Shown here piece after piece: positions 37,910-46,982 of a stretch of DNA of 64,000 nt. Numbering within the stretch: the first letter of the stretch is position 1; each line of letters opens with the position of its first letter. The stretch covers positions 12,802-76,801 of the IMG/VR virus record IMGVR_UViG_3300030110_002054, one strand, 5' to 3'. This stretch comes from a virus. The notes beneath the pieces were generated by a model. That model saw only the letters and a list, made by a program, of their open reading frames with translations, did no database searches and was not told the origin of the DNA. The position numbers and the translations under genes are program-made.

Positions 37910-39342
37910 TGGAATTAGACAACATGGACTTCATGTCCTCTATGGATATGGAATTATCAAAGGCATCATTCCCTTATTTCTTTCAGAACGTACTCGGTAT
38001 GATGTATCCTGACTACATGAAAGAATGGTTAGAAACCATGCAAGGCACAGATAGAACAGTTATCGTCTGTGCGCGTGACCACGGTAAATCTGTCTTCATG
38101 CACAGTTGGGTTGTTTGGAACCTAATCTTCCAAGAGCCTCCATTTCAGATGCTATACATCTCATCGAACCAAAAGCAGACTCTAGTTCACATGAGGGAGA
38201 TTGACAGATACTTCAATCATCCAGCATTGAAGAAATACAAACCTAGTAGGGGTTGGGCAATCGGTAACATTCAACTCACTAATGGCAACGCTATCCTAGA
38301 GAGGTCAGTTGGTTCTCAGATTAGGGGGCTTCATCCACAGGAGATTATCATTGATGACCCTTTGAAGGAGTTCAGTCTATCTGCTATCCAAAGAGTAACT
38401 GATTGGTTCTTCGGTGATATGATACCTACGCTTCACCATTCATCGAATCTTAGAATGATTGGAACTCCATTCACCTATACGGATATCTTCGCGCAACTAG
38501 AAGAGAACCAAGCCTACACCGTGAAGAAGTATCCTTGTTTGGATTCCATGAATGACCCGTTGTGGCCTGAGCGATGGGACTATGATGCTCTCATGCAAAG
38601 AAAAGCAGAGATAGGTTCACTCAAATTCACGCGAGAGTATCTTTGTGTTCCAATCTCAACCGGAACCGCATTGTTCAATCCTGAATATATTGACAAATGT
38701 AAGAGCAAAGAACACGTTCTCAAATTAGGAAATAGAAAAGATAAGGGATACAAATACTATGTTGGTGTTGACCCTGCTATCTCCACAGATGGTGATTACA
38801 ATGTCATTACTGTATTGGAAGTAGATGAGGAGATGAACAAAACAATAGTTCATGTTGACAGGGCGAAGAATGTGGAGTTTAGAGAGAACATAGAGAAGAT
38901 TAGACTGATTGGTAAAATATACCAACCGGAGGAGATTCTCTATGAGACAAATACATTCGCTAAGGCATTTACACAGGAGTTGCGAAGTATCTCCGATTTG
39001 AATGTGAGAGACTTCCATACGACTAGGAAGAATAAACAAGAGATAATTTTGAATCTACAAATGAATATAGAGAATCAGAAACTTAGATTTCCCTATGGGG
39101 ATAATGCTAGTCGCAAGTTGACTGGAATGCTAATCGAAGAATTGTCTATGTTTGCCATTACCAGTAGCGGAAAGTTTGAGGGCGTGGGCGCACACGATGA
39201 CCTTGTTATGAGCCTCGCTCTTGCTAATGCTGCTACTCAAAATCCCAACGAAGTCTTCCTACTATTGGATGATATGGGGATATTTTCAGACCCTAAACCC
39301 ACGAATACGTCTATAGGCGGGATGCTAGGATTAAACTTTTGA
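37909..39342 (+). CDS. terL: Terminase large subunit
   Basis: Walker A ARDHGKS, IRGLH..IIIDDP, IGTP, nuclease GVDPA and HDDLVMSLAL. Confidence 0.95.
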   Translation: MELDNMDFMSSMDMELSKASFPYFFQNVLGMMYPDYMKEWLETMQGTDRTVIVCARDHGKSVFMHSWVVWNLIFQEPPFQMLYISSNQKQTLVHMREIDRYFNHPALKKYKPSRGWAIGNIQLTNGNAILERSVGSQIRGLHPQEIIIDDPLKEFSLSAIQRVTDWFFGDMIPTLHHSSNLRMIGTPFTYTDIFAQLEENQAYTVKKYPCLDSMNDPLWPERWDYDALMQRKAEIGSLKFTREYLCVPISTGTALFNPEYIDKCKSKEHVLKLGNRKDKGYKYYVGVDPAISTDGDYNVITVLEVDEEMNKTIVHVDRAKNVEFRENIEKIRLIGKIYQPEEILYETNTFAKAFTQELRSISDLNVRDFHTTRKNKQEIILNLQMNIENQKLRFPYGDNASRKLTGMLIEELSMFAITSSGKFEGVGAHDDLVMSLALANAATQNPNEVFLLLDDMGIFSDPKPTNTSIGGMLGLNF

Positions 39343-39351
39343 GGGCTTGCT

Positions 39352-40692
39352 ATGATGGGAGGAAGTGACAAAAAAGAAAGTGAGAAATTCGATGAACTTG
39401 CAGATGTTGCAAGAAGGAAGGAAGCCATCGAAGAAGAACAGAGAAGAATCACTCAGGAGATGAAAAACGCATGGTTAGACAGTTCCCCACTTGAAGACCA
39501 GTTTAGCATAGAGAAGAATTTTGCTGAGGATTTCAAAATTAGCCTAAGTGAGGCTAAGAAAATGCTTCACATTGATATGAAGAAATACCAAGTCGAGGGA
39601 ACAGATATTCCTAAACTCGTAAAATCCCTGAAGGAATATAGAAGGACGCTCAAGGGTGAAGAGAAGATAAATGTCACAAAGGCAATAGATAATCTGATTG
39701 TATCTTATGGTGACCATTTACATGACAGTATTAACAAAATATATTGGCTAAAAAAATACTCTTCTGTTCTGAAAGAAATGAACTGTTCTGAGGAAGACAT
39801 ACTCAAACTCTCCTTCGTTAATGATTTATCTACCCGTAGAGATATGATAGACACGCTTTGCAAATATTGGGAGGCTAGTCTAGAAAGAAGGGATATGCCA
39901 TACAACGAAGAGTATTCATCTCTATCGAAACAGATGACAAATGGTAAGAGGGAATTTAAGAAATTAATCAAGAGTCACATGGTGAATGTGAAGCCCAAGG
40001 AAATAATCAATCAACACATACTAAAGGCAATTTGTGAAGAACCGGGAATTTCTTCTAGACAAATACATGAGAAACTACCTAAGCCTCTCTTCAAGAGAAC
40101 CACACCAAGCATAATTTCTAAGATGGCCATCAAGAATAATGTTACTACTGTCAATGGTGCTTTTTACAAATTTTCAGATGACATCAAGAAAGATATCTAT
40201 GCATATACTGCGGCCTTCATTGATTCAGATGGCTACATAACTATGGATAGAAATTTTAATCCTAGAGTTGGGTTAGTTGCTACTGGCGACAGAGGCAAGG
40301 CATTCATGATGGAGATGCATAAATCCCTTGGATGTGGTAGACTACACCTTGACCAAAAATCACCACAAAATACGAGAGCAGTAAATAGATTAAATTTCTA
40401 TTCTGCGGCAGATGTTACTGAACTACTAACAAAGTGCTTACCCCATTTCAAGATGAAGAAAGGAAATGCAGAGATTCTCCTAGAGTTAGTCAGAATGAAG
40501 AAGTCCCACAAGAAGGCCGAGTGGTACAAGACAAGAAGAGAGGAACTTTTCAAACTAATGAAGTACGAGAATCACAAAGACCATGTTGGCTATGATTTCA
40601 TACAGGACGGGATAGATGTTGATAACATATCAAAACTGTATGGAAATTCTAAGATGTTGGAAATGGATAAGTTAGAGGGTTTGATTGCATGA
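39352..40692 (+). CDS. LAGLIDADG-domain protein with helical and wHTH N-terminal region
   Basis: YAYTAAFIDSDGYI...MHKSLGCGRL...LPHFKMKK. The segment ILKAICEEPGISSRQIHE is wHTH-like. Confidence 0.8.
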   Translation: MMGGSDKKESEKFDELADVARRKEAIEEEQRRITQEMKNAWLDSSPLEDQFSIEKNFAEDFKISLSEAKKMLHIDMKKYQVEGTDIPKLVKSLKEYRRTLKGEEKINVTKAIDNLIVSYGDHLHDSINKIYWLKKYSSVLKEMNCSEEDILKLSFVNDLSTRRDMIDTLCKYWEASLERRDMPYNEEYSSLSKQMTNGKREFKKLIKSHMVNVKPKEIINQHILKAICEEPGISSRQIHEKLPKPLFKRTTPSIISKMAIKNNVTTVNGAFYKFSDDIKKDIYAYTAAFIDSDGYITMDRNFNPRVGLVATGDRGKAFMMEMHKSLGCGRLHLDQKSPQNTRAVNRLNFYSAADVTELLTKCLPHFKMKKGNAEILLELVRMKKSHKKAEWYKTRREELFKLMKYENHKDHVGYDFIQDGIDVDNISKLYGNSKMLEMDKLEGLIA

Positions 40693-40844
40693 AGTGGCAA
40701 GAGGTTTTGAAGAAGAAGCCTGTCGATGAGGCAATAGATGACTTAGAGGACATTGCAGAAGACCATGATTTATCCCAAGATGAATGGAGTTCTGTCGATG
40801 ATGCCTCTGATTATTTGTTTGAGCATAAGGTGAAGGAGGATTAG
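40689..40844 (+). CDS. Small acidic leader-tagged protein (MKWQEVLKK)
   Basis: 51-aa ORF found manually, with an ATGA overlap and the shared motif. Confidence 0.65.
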   Translation: MKWQEVLKKKPVDEAIDDLEDIAEDHDLSQDEWSSVDDASDYLFEHKVKED

Positions 40845-40846
40845 TT

Positions 40847-42517
40847 ATGGTAGAAGATAAGCGTAGATTTAGTGTTAGAAATTTGTTCAGAAGAACTACG
40901 CCAAAACCTACTGATAGGACGATATTCAATCCCGGTATTCAAGAGAAGAATACCTCCTACATGCTTACTTCTCCAATCATTTACCACATGGTTCAACAAT
41001 CCACCATTGTTAGAACCTGTATAACTCAACTCAAACAGGAGATATTCAGGAGAGGCTACACTTGGGAAGAGAAGTTCGTTGCTAAGTGTAAAGCATGTGG
41101 AGAAGAACATGGGTCACCTGCAAAGAAATGCAAATCCTGTGGCTCAGTAGACTTGGTGAAGCCTGACCCCAAACAATTAGATTATGCACATGATTTCTTA
41201 GAAGGCTATGTCAACAAGTCCGAACAACTTTTTATTGACGTTCTCAAAGAACTTGAGGATGATTTGAATATCATGGATGACGCATATCTTGTCATCGTCA
41301 AAGAATATTACATGGATAGTAATGCAGAAATCAAGATGCATAGAATCAAGGAAATATACAGGGGTGACCCTGTAACTATGCATATCTATTCTAATGAGAT
41401 TGGAGAAAGAGGAAGTAAAGGATATACTTGTTTGAAGCACAGGAATAAGGTCTACACTAATTCAACTGATTTATGTGAAGAGTGTAATTCAGAATTACAT
41501 CCTATCCATTACGTCAATAGAGTAAATGGAGAAGAACAGAATTTCATCAAGGGAGAAGTATTGCATTTCAGTAAGTATTCCCCAAGTAGGTTGTATGGTC
41601 TTTCACCTATCATCACCCTTTGGAATAATGTAACCACATTGATTGCAATGGAGAATTATGTTAACTCATCATATACAAAGGCAAGAATGCCAAGAGGACT
41701 ACTAGCGGTTCAAACTAGAAACATGGATTCAATGAAGTCATTTTGGCGTGGTGTCAAAGAAAAGATGGAACAAGACCCACACTTCATTCCTGTAATGGGT
41801 ATAGAATCCGATAATGGCAAAGGCTCCGTTGAATGGGTGAAGTTCATGGATAGCCTGAAGGAGATGGACTACATCTCAGTCAAGGATGATTTGCGAGATA
41901 GAATCTCTGCATTCTATGGTGTGAGTAAAATCTTCATGGCAGATAACTCCGCTAGTGGTGGACTCAACAATGAGGGAATGCAGGTTCTTGTAACCAATAG
42001 AGCAGTTGAGATGGCACAGACAATTTGGAATAACTATGTCTTCCCATTCATGACGAAGGAGTTCGGCATAACTGATTGGGAATTGAAACTCCCACCGTCC
42101 GAGGAAGAGGATGAGATAGCAAAACTCAGAAAGAGAGAGATAGAAGTAAACGTAGCGGCGGCAATCAAGAATCTAGGATTCGATGTTGATATGGATGATG
42201 ATGGTCGATTCTCGTACAAGAAACCTGACCCTCCTCCGGGTGGTGCTGAACAAGGAGATAAAGAAGGCGAGTTAGAATTAGACCCCTACGCTGGAACAAA
42301 TATCGACCAATCACAATTAGGGCAAATGATGGAACAGGGAACTAGACCTAGTAAGGAAGAAGCAGGTCAACCAGCAGAAGTGAAAGGAAAACCCCCAAGT
42401 GGAAAGAAGAGAAATAAACCCGGTATGAATGTTGGACCGGATAAGAGATTCGCTGGAATGCCTAAAGGAGTAGGCAATGAGAATGTAGATAAGAGAACGG
42501 AAAGGAGAGTTCCATGA
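40847..42517 (+). CDS. Portal protein with zinc-ribbon insertions
   Basis: HK97-like portal features (EVLHF...LYGLSPI, PRGLL, EMDY...RISAFYGV), position after TerL, and CKAC/CKSC and CLKH/CEEC pairs. Confidence 0.88.
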   Translation: MVEDKRRFSVRNLFRRTTPKPTDRTIFNPGIQEKNTSYMLTSPIIYHMVQQSTIVRTCITQLKQEIFRRGYTWEEKFVAKCKACGEEHGSPAKKCKSCGSVDLVKPDPKQLDYAHDFLEGYVNKSEQLFIDVLKELEDDLNIMDDAYLVIVKEYYMDSNAEIKMHRIKEIYRGDPVTMHIYSNEIGERGSKGYTCLKHRNKVYTNSTDLCEECNSELHPIHYVNRVNGEEQNFIKGEVLHFSKYSPSRLYGLSPIITLWNNVTTLIAMENYVNSSYTKARMPRGLLAVQTRNMDSMKSFWRGVKEKMEQDPHFIPVMGIESDNGKGSVEWVKFMDSLKEMDYISVKDDLRDRISAFYGVSKIFMADNSASGGLNNEGMQVLVTNRAVEMAQTIWNNYVFPFMTKEFGITDWELKLPPSEEEDEIAKLRKREIEVNVAAAIKNLGFDVDMDDDGRFSYKKPDPPPGGAEQGDKEGELELDPYAGTNIDQSQLGQMMEQGTRPSKEEAGQPAEVKGKPPSGKKRNKPGMNVGPDKRFAGMPKGVGNENVDKRTERRVP

Positions 42518-42624
42518 GTGAACTGCTTGAAGCGGCAAGAAAATGGAAAGAAGAGATTGACAAATTGAATGCAGAAACAGATGAAAGAATTAGAAAAAAT
42601 TTGGAGGAGTTAAAAAATGAGTGA
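42514..42624 (+). CDS. Small coiled-coil peptide (MSELLEAARKW...)
   Basis: 36-aa ORF found manually, overlapping both neighbours. Confidence 0.45.
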   Translation: MSELLEAARKWKEEIDKLNAETDERIRKNLEELKNE

Positions 42625-42844
42625 AGAAAAAAGCGTAAGACAATTGGAAAGAGAACTGAAGGCCGCAAGAATCCGTGAGGGAACAGAAGCAAAGAAGATG
42701 GCTACCAAGAGTAGAGACTACTCGGTTGGTGGAATCGACAAGGCAACTACTGTAGAGAAGAAAACCCCCGGTGCTAGTGATATCCCTGATGTTATCTTGA
42801 TGCCAAAGAAACGCAAGAAGCAATCTGAAAATATACCATTCTGA
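42617..42844 (+). CDS. Hypothetical protein
   Basis: 75 aa with a GGAG SD. Confidence 0.65.
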   Translation: MSEEKSVRQLERELKAARIREGTEAKKMATKSRDYSVGGIDKATTVEKKTPGASDIPDVILMPKKRKKQSENIPF

Positions 42845-42853
42845 GATGATTAG

Positions 42854-44866
42854 ATGACGTTCATGGATGTTCTTCGTAAAGAAGAAGAAAAAGAAACTGT
42901 AGAAAAACCTACTAGTTCCATCCATGCTGACGTTTGGGATTTATTCGATAGGTATTCCAAGAAATCTAAGGCTATATCTCGACAAGCACTTGAAGATGCA
43001 GATGAAGCATTGCAGACGTTCTTAGATTCTTCACCTGCGGGTGAGCATCCCGAAGAAGGTATGAGATACGACACCTTTGGTGAAATATTAGATGTGACCA
43101 ATCTATTCCGAGAATCATTTAGAACTGGTAAAGTAAATTTGAATGCTATAGATGCATCAGAAGAAGCAAGAGAAAAATTTGTCAAAGACATGGAAAAATT
43201 CTCAAGACGAGCAGAGGACTTAGAAGCAGATTTGTTTGACCAAGCCAGCCAAGAGGATGATGAGGTTGCAGATAAGTATTGGAGACAAAACAAAACTTTC
43301 AAAGATATGATGGCAAAACTTTTCGGAAAGGAACTAGTTCTACAATCTAGAGTTAGGAGAACAGGTAGTGGAGAAGAGGAATACACTACAGTAACGAGTA
43401 AAAACGTAGGAGGAAAGAGTAGTGGAATTCTTGAAAAATTGGTTGCTACTCTTAGAGAACCTGCGTCACCCATACAAGAATCATCTAAGACCCTACAGAC
43501 CCTAATGACTAACGTTGCAAAAAATGGAACGAATGATAGTAGGTCTAAACAACTGATGAAGAAACTTCACAAGAATAATTTCTTTGATAGAAAAACTACA
43601 TCCAAGATACAGGAGTTCCTATACAATGGTAAATCTCTACCAAAGCATGTTAGAAAACTTCTCATTGAAAGAGAAGCAGAGTGGGAAGGCGATGATTGGT
43701 CTAGTTATCGAATGTATGGAGGTAAGCCTTCTAAAGAATTAATCATAGACATTTTTACCTCACAAGGAATAGGGCGCACGAATGTAGAAGGTGGTAAAGG
43801 ACTACGTTCTAAATTAACAAGATATGCTTCCATGAATGTAGATAGCATGATGGAAAGAGTAGAAGGCATCATGTATGATGGAAAGGGAGAAGACTTCCAC
43901 TATCTATTTGACAAGGATTATTCTGACGATATTATTTTTGCAATCTATAGGGTGACTGCAAAACTAGAGTCTCTACTAAGTCGTGCAAAAAAGGGTAGAG
44001 CAGATGTTGGACGAAAAAGCAAAAGAGTTCAAGAAAAAAAAGTACCGGAAGGACTTGAGGTTAACGTTCCCGATGAAGCCTATATCAAACCAGTCTATAG
44101 TGAGATAAACCGACTCCTACGTTTCCTACATTTCCTTCTAGCAGTAAATAAGATAACTGGACAATCACACAGACTCAAGGAACAACGCCTAGAAATAGTT
44201 GACAAGATACAAAAATTTGGAACTAGAAGCAGGGGCCAGTATAAGTTAGAATTTGAAAAACTAGATATCAACGCCATAGATGTAACAGAATCAACTTCCC
44301 CATTCAGAAGCATGATTGCTGCGTATGACAAATACAAACCGAAAAAGAAGGACCGTAAGATTAGTGTTGCTGGGGCTGGAAAAGAATTCCAGTTTGAAGA
44401 AGGGACTTCTAGAGAAGACATCGCAGATAAACTACAAGATGAACTGGCACAAGATTTGAAGCAATTACAAAGCAGACTCAATAGAAGCAAGAAAGAAAAA
44501 ACCATTGCGGCGCGTGAACAGGAAATTCAAGCAATCAATAGTTTAATTGCACAATGGAAGCCAAAGACGAAAACTCTAGAGAGAACCAAGTATGAAGAAC
44601 CCGAAGGTCAGCAAAGAATCGCACAACTATTATCTGAAGATAAACAAATGCGAGACAAATTCACAAGAGAAATAGGTTCTGCTCTAAAATTCTTAAAAGA
44701 ATCTATAGCAAACAACGAAGAGAAGTTAGAAAGAATCAAAGATAAGAAAGGGCTTGTTGACATAGAAACAGAAAAGAAGATTCGTGCATTGAAGCATACG
44801 TTGAAATTAACCGAACAAAGTGTCAAGGACTTTAAACTGCCATTCAAGTTGGAGGAATCAGAATGA
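42854..44866 (+). CDS. Large leader-tagged protein (MTFMDVLRKE)
   Basis: 670 aa, charged and helical, with a variant of the motif. Confidence 0.75.
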   Translation: MTFMDVLRKEEEKETVEKPTSSIHADVWDLFDRYSKKSKAISRQALEDADEALQTFLDSSPAGEHPEEGMRYDTFGEILDVTNLFRESFRTGKVNLNAIDASEEAREKFVKDMEKFSRRAEDLEADLFDQASQEDDEVADKYWRQNKTFKDMMAKLFGKELVLQSRVRRTGSGEEEYTTVTSKNVGGKSSGILEKLVATLREPASPIQESSKTLQTLMTNVAKNGTNDSRSKQLMKKLHKNNFFDRKTTSKIQEFLYNGKSLPKHVRKLLIEREAEWEGDDWSSYRMYGGKPSKELIIDIFTSQGIGRTNVEGGKGLRSKLTRYASMNVDSMMERVEGIMYDGKGEDFHYLFDKDYSDDIIFAIYRVTAKLESLLSRAKKGRADVGRKSKRVQEKKVPEGLEVNVPDEAYIKPVYSEINRLLRFLHFLLAVNKITGQSHRLKEQRLEIVDKIQKFGTRSRGQYKLEFEKLDINAIDVTESTSPFRSMIAAYDKYKPKKKDRKISVAGAGKEFQFEEGTSREDIADKLQDELAQDLKQLQSRLNRSKKEKTIAAREQEIQAINSLIAQWKPKTKTLERTKYEEPEGQQRIAQLLSEDKQMRDKFTREIGSALKFLKESIANNEEKLERIKDKKGLVDIETEKKIRALKHTLKLTEQSVKDFKLPFKLEESE

Positions 44867-45207
44867 GTTGGCAGGACATTCTCAAAGAATCAGAATTACT
44901 CTCCAAGATAAAGCCAAAGCAAAAGAAGAAGATTAAGAAACTTCTACAGTCATCTCAGCCTACAGAATATATGGGACAAGATATGACTAAACTAAGTTCA
45001 TTACTATCTGAAATGAAGAAACTTGATTTGGTTAAATCTGATAAGAATCTTCAGAAGAAGTTTGAGGGATTTGACGAAAAGAACTTGGAGATTGTTTCTT
45101 CTGCCGCAGAACTAAGAAAGGACTATGAGACTCTATACAGACAACTAAGGCAAATGGTATATCCAAAGAAGAAAGGAGATTTACAAAACGGAGTTGATGA
45201 TGAATGA
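44863..45207 (+). CDS. Leader-tagged protein (MSWQDILKE)
   Basis: Shared motif plus internal LVKS. Confidence 0.75.
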   Translation: MSWQDILKESELLSKIKPKQKKKIKKLLQSSQPTEYMGQDMTKLSSLLSEMKKLDLVKSDKNLQKKFEGFDEKNLEIVSSAAELRKDYETLYRQLRQMVYPKKKGDLQNGVDDE

Positions 45208-45305
45208 CATTGAATTGGAAACTAAGTCTAAAGGAAGCACTTGAGGGTGATTTCAAAATGATGATAAAGCAAGACGCAGACGGAGAAGGCGAGGAAGACG
45301 CATGA
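45204..45305 (+). CDS. Tiny peptide made mostly of two leader-like motifs (NWKLSLKE, DFKMMIKQ)
   Basis: 33-aa ORF found manually, with ATGA overlaps on both sides. Confidence 0.45.
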   Translation: MTLNWKLSLKEALEGDFKMMIKQDADGEGEEDA

Positions 45306-45532
45306 CTGATGAAAATGATGAGATAGTCATGCTTCTAAAGGCACTTGTCGATAAGGTAAAGGCTCTTGAAGAAGCCGTTTATCATAAGGACAATCTTCTC
45401 ATGAAGTCCGGTTATGTCGTAGTAGATTCTCCCACCCCACAACTAGCCAACAAGACTACTGCTGGCATCACTTCAGCAGTTGGTGATATGAAGTGGGATG
45501 ACATTCACAAGATGGTAGGTGAGATGCAATGA
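45302..45532 (+). CDS. Hypothetical head-module protein
   Basis: 76 aa with LLKA and LMKS. Its C-terminal WDDIH matches the scaffold C-terminus (SWDDIH). Confidence 0.7.
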   Translation: MTDENDEIVMLLKALVDKVKALEEAVYHKDNLLMKSGYVVVDSPTPQLANKTTAGITSAVGDMKWDDIHKMVGEMQ

Positions 45533-45831
45533 ATTGGGAAGGTGTCTTGAAAGAACCACCTATGCCGAACATCTCACCAAAAAGGATATTTGGTGACGAC
45601 AACCCATATACGATGAATGACGGTATGCATGATGCAAGAGCCGATTTAAAAGCAGAAGTGGCCTTAATGAAATCCTATGTTGAAAAACTAGAAGCGGCGA
45701 TGTCAGAAACATCATTAATGGATTTAACTAAGGACAGAATGAATAACATGAGTGATGCGTTAAGCGAAGCAAGTGGAAGAATAAAAATGGCTTTCAAACC
45801 TACTAGTGTAGGGGCCGCCGGAGAAGCGTAA
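45529..45831 (+). CDS. Leader-tagged protein (MNWEGVLKE)
   Basis: Shared N-terminal motif. Confidence 0.72.
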   Translation: MNWEGVLKEPPMPNISPKRIFGDDNPYTMNDGMHDARADLKAEVALMKSYVEKLEAAMSETSLMDLTKDRMNNMSDALSEASGRIKMAFKPTSVGAAGEA

Positions 45832-45841
45832 GGTGAATAAA

Positions 45842-46051
45842 ATGAGTTGGCAAGATACAATAAAAGCATACGGAATACATGGTCGAAGTGGTGACTATGG
45901 AATGGAACAAGCAGTAAGGGATATGGTCATGCAACTAAATGAAATGGAACATGACATAGAAGATGTTCCTGAAGATAGAAGAAGCGCAGTTCAACAAGCA
46001 TTCGATTCTGCATCAAAGGCACTAGATAATTTGCGAATGGTAATGGGATGA
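45842..46051 (+). CDS. Leader-tagged protein (MSWQDTIKA)
   Basis: Shared motif. Start reassigned after an AGGTGA SD. Confidence 0.72.
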   Translation: MSWQDTIKAYGIHGRSGDYGMEQAVRDMVMQLNEMEHDIEDVPEDRRSAVQQAFDSASKALDNLRMVMG

Positions 46052-46055
46052 TATT

Positions 46056-46382
46056 ATGACATGGGAAAACGTATTGATGAATGGTAGCGTATTGAAGAAT
46101 CAAGCGGTACAACAAGGAAGGCAGAAGTTGTTGGATGCGATAGTGCAACGTTATGGTTTAGATGCATTAGAACAACAGTTTGTTCAAGGGCAAGGACTAG
46201 CCCCTGAGAATCTGTATCAAGGACTTGTTGATTTCATAAGTAGTGGTTCAACATTGGAACAAGCAATTGCAGAAGAGCAACAGGCAATGCAAATGAGCAT
46301 GGAATCTGGGAGAAAACCGGGTGGACTTACACTTGAACAGTATCAAAAAGATATGCAACAACCACAACAACCACAACAATAG
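46056..46382 (+). CDS. Leader-tagged Gln-rich protein (MTWENVLMNGSVLKN)
   Basis: Variant of the shared motif. Confidence 0.7.
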   Translation: MTWENVLMNGSVLKNQAVQQGRQKLLDAIVQRYGLDALEQQFVQGQGLAPENLYQGLVDFISSGSTLEQAIAEEQQAMQMSMESGRKPGGLTLEQYQKDMQQPQQPQQ

Positions 46383-46390
46383 GTGATATT

Positions 46391-46981
46391 ATGCCGGAAA
46401 AAGTAACAAGAGAAGAAAAGCAAGTTGAGTTGGCCATACTAAAGGCTAAGGAGATAATCCAAGAGGCCAAGCATCTAGGAATCCTTGAGTTGGATGAGCC
46501 AGCATTAGGAGAGGACTTCAAGGTAAAGCGACCAAAGAAGAATCCTGCTGAGGTTCCAATTCCAAAGACTAGCAATGTAGAGGGCAAGGAAAAGAAGGAA
46601 TATGGTGGCAAGACGATGAAGAAGGCCATGACCATACTAAAAGCAGTTAAAATTCTAAATGATGCTATTGCCAAGAAATATGGAACCAATACCAAAGATA
46701 CTGACCCAACAGAAGTTAATCCAGTTTGGGAAGGAGAAGGCGGTGCGCCTGACCAAACAGAAAATGATATTTCTCCTAGAGAGATGCAATCTGTAATAGA
46801 TGAGATTGAGAATGCAATAAATAGTCTAGAACATAACATCCAAGAATTGCAAAGTAGTGGAAAAATGAGTGGTGATATAGCCTCAGAGGTAAATCAGCAC
46901 CATCAAACTCTGAGTAGTTACATTCAAGATTTGAAGGAGTCAACAATGGGGGCGGCGGCTTCACCCCCTCAGCAACCATGA
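46391..46981 (+). CDS. Hypothetical head-module protein
   Basis: 196 aa with repeated ILKA and MKKA sites. Confidence 0.7.
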   Translation: MPEKVTREEKQVELAILKAKEIIQEAKHLGILELDEPALGEDFKVKRPKKNPAEVPIPKTSNVEGKEKKEYGGKTMKKAMTILKAVKILNDAIAKKYGTNTKDTDPTEVNPVWEGEGGAPDQTENDISPREMQSVIDEIENAINSLEHNIQELQSSGKMSGDIASEVNQHHQTLSSYIQDLKESTMGAAASPPQQP

Positions 46982-46982
46982 G

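Noticed and set aside
37909-39342. Intein or intron in TerL, suggested by the neighbouring LAGLIDADG gene
   Set aside because: TerL is of normal length and continuous, and the LAGLIDADG ORF is separate with no intein splice motifs.
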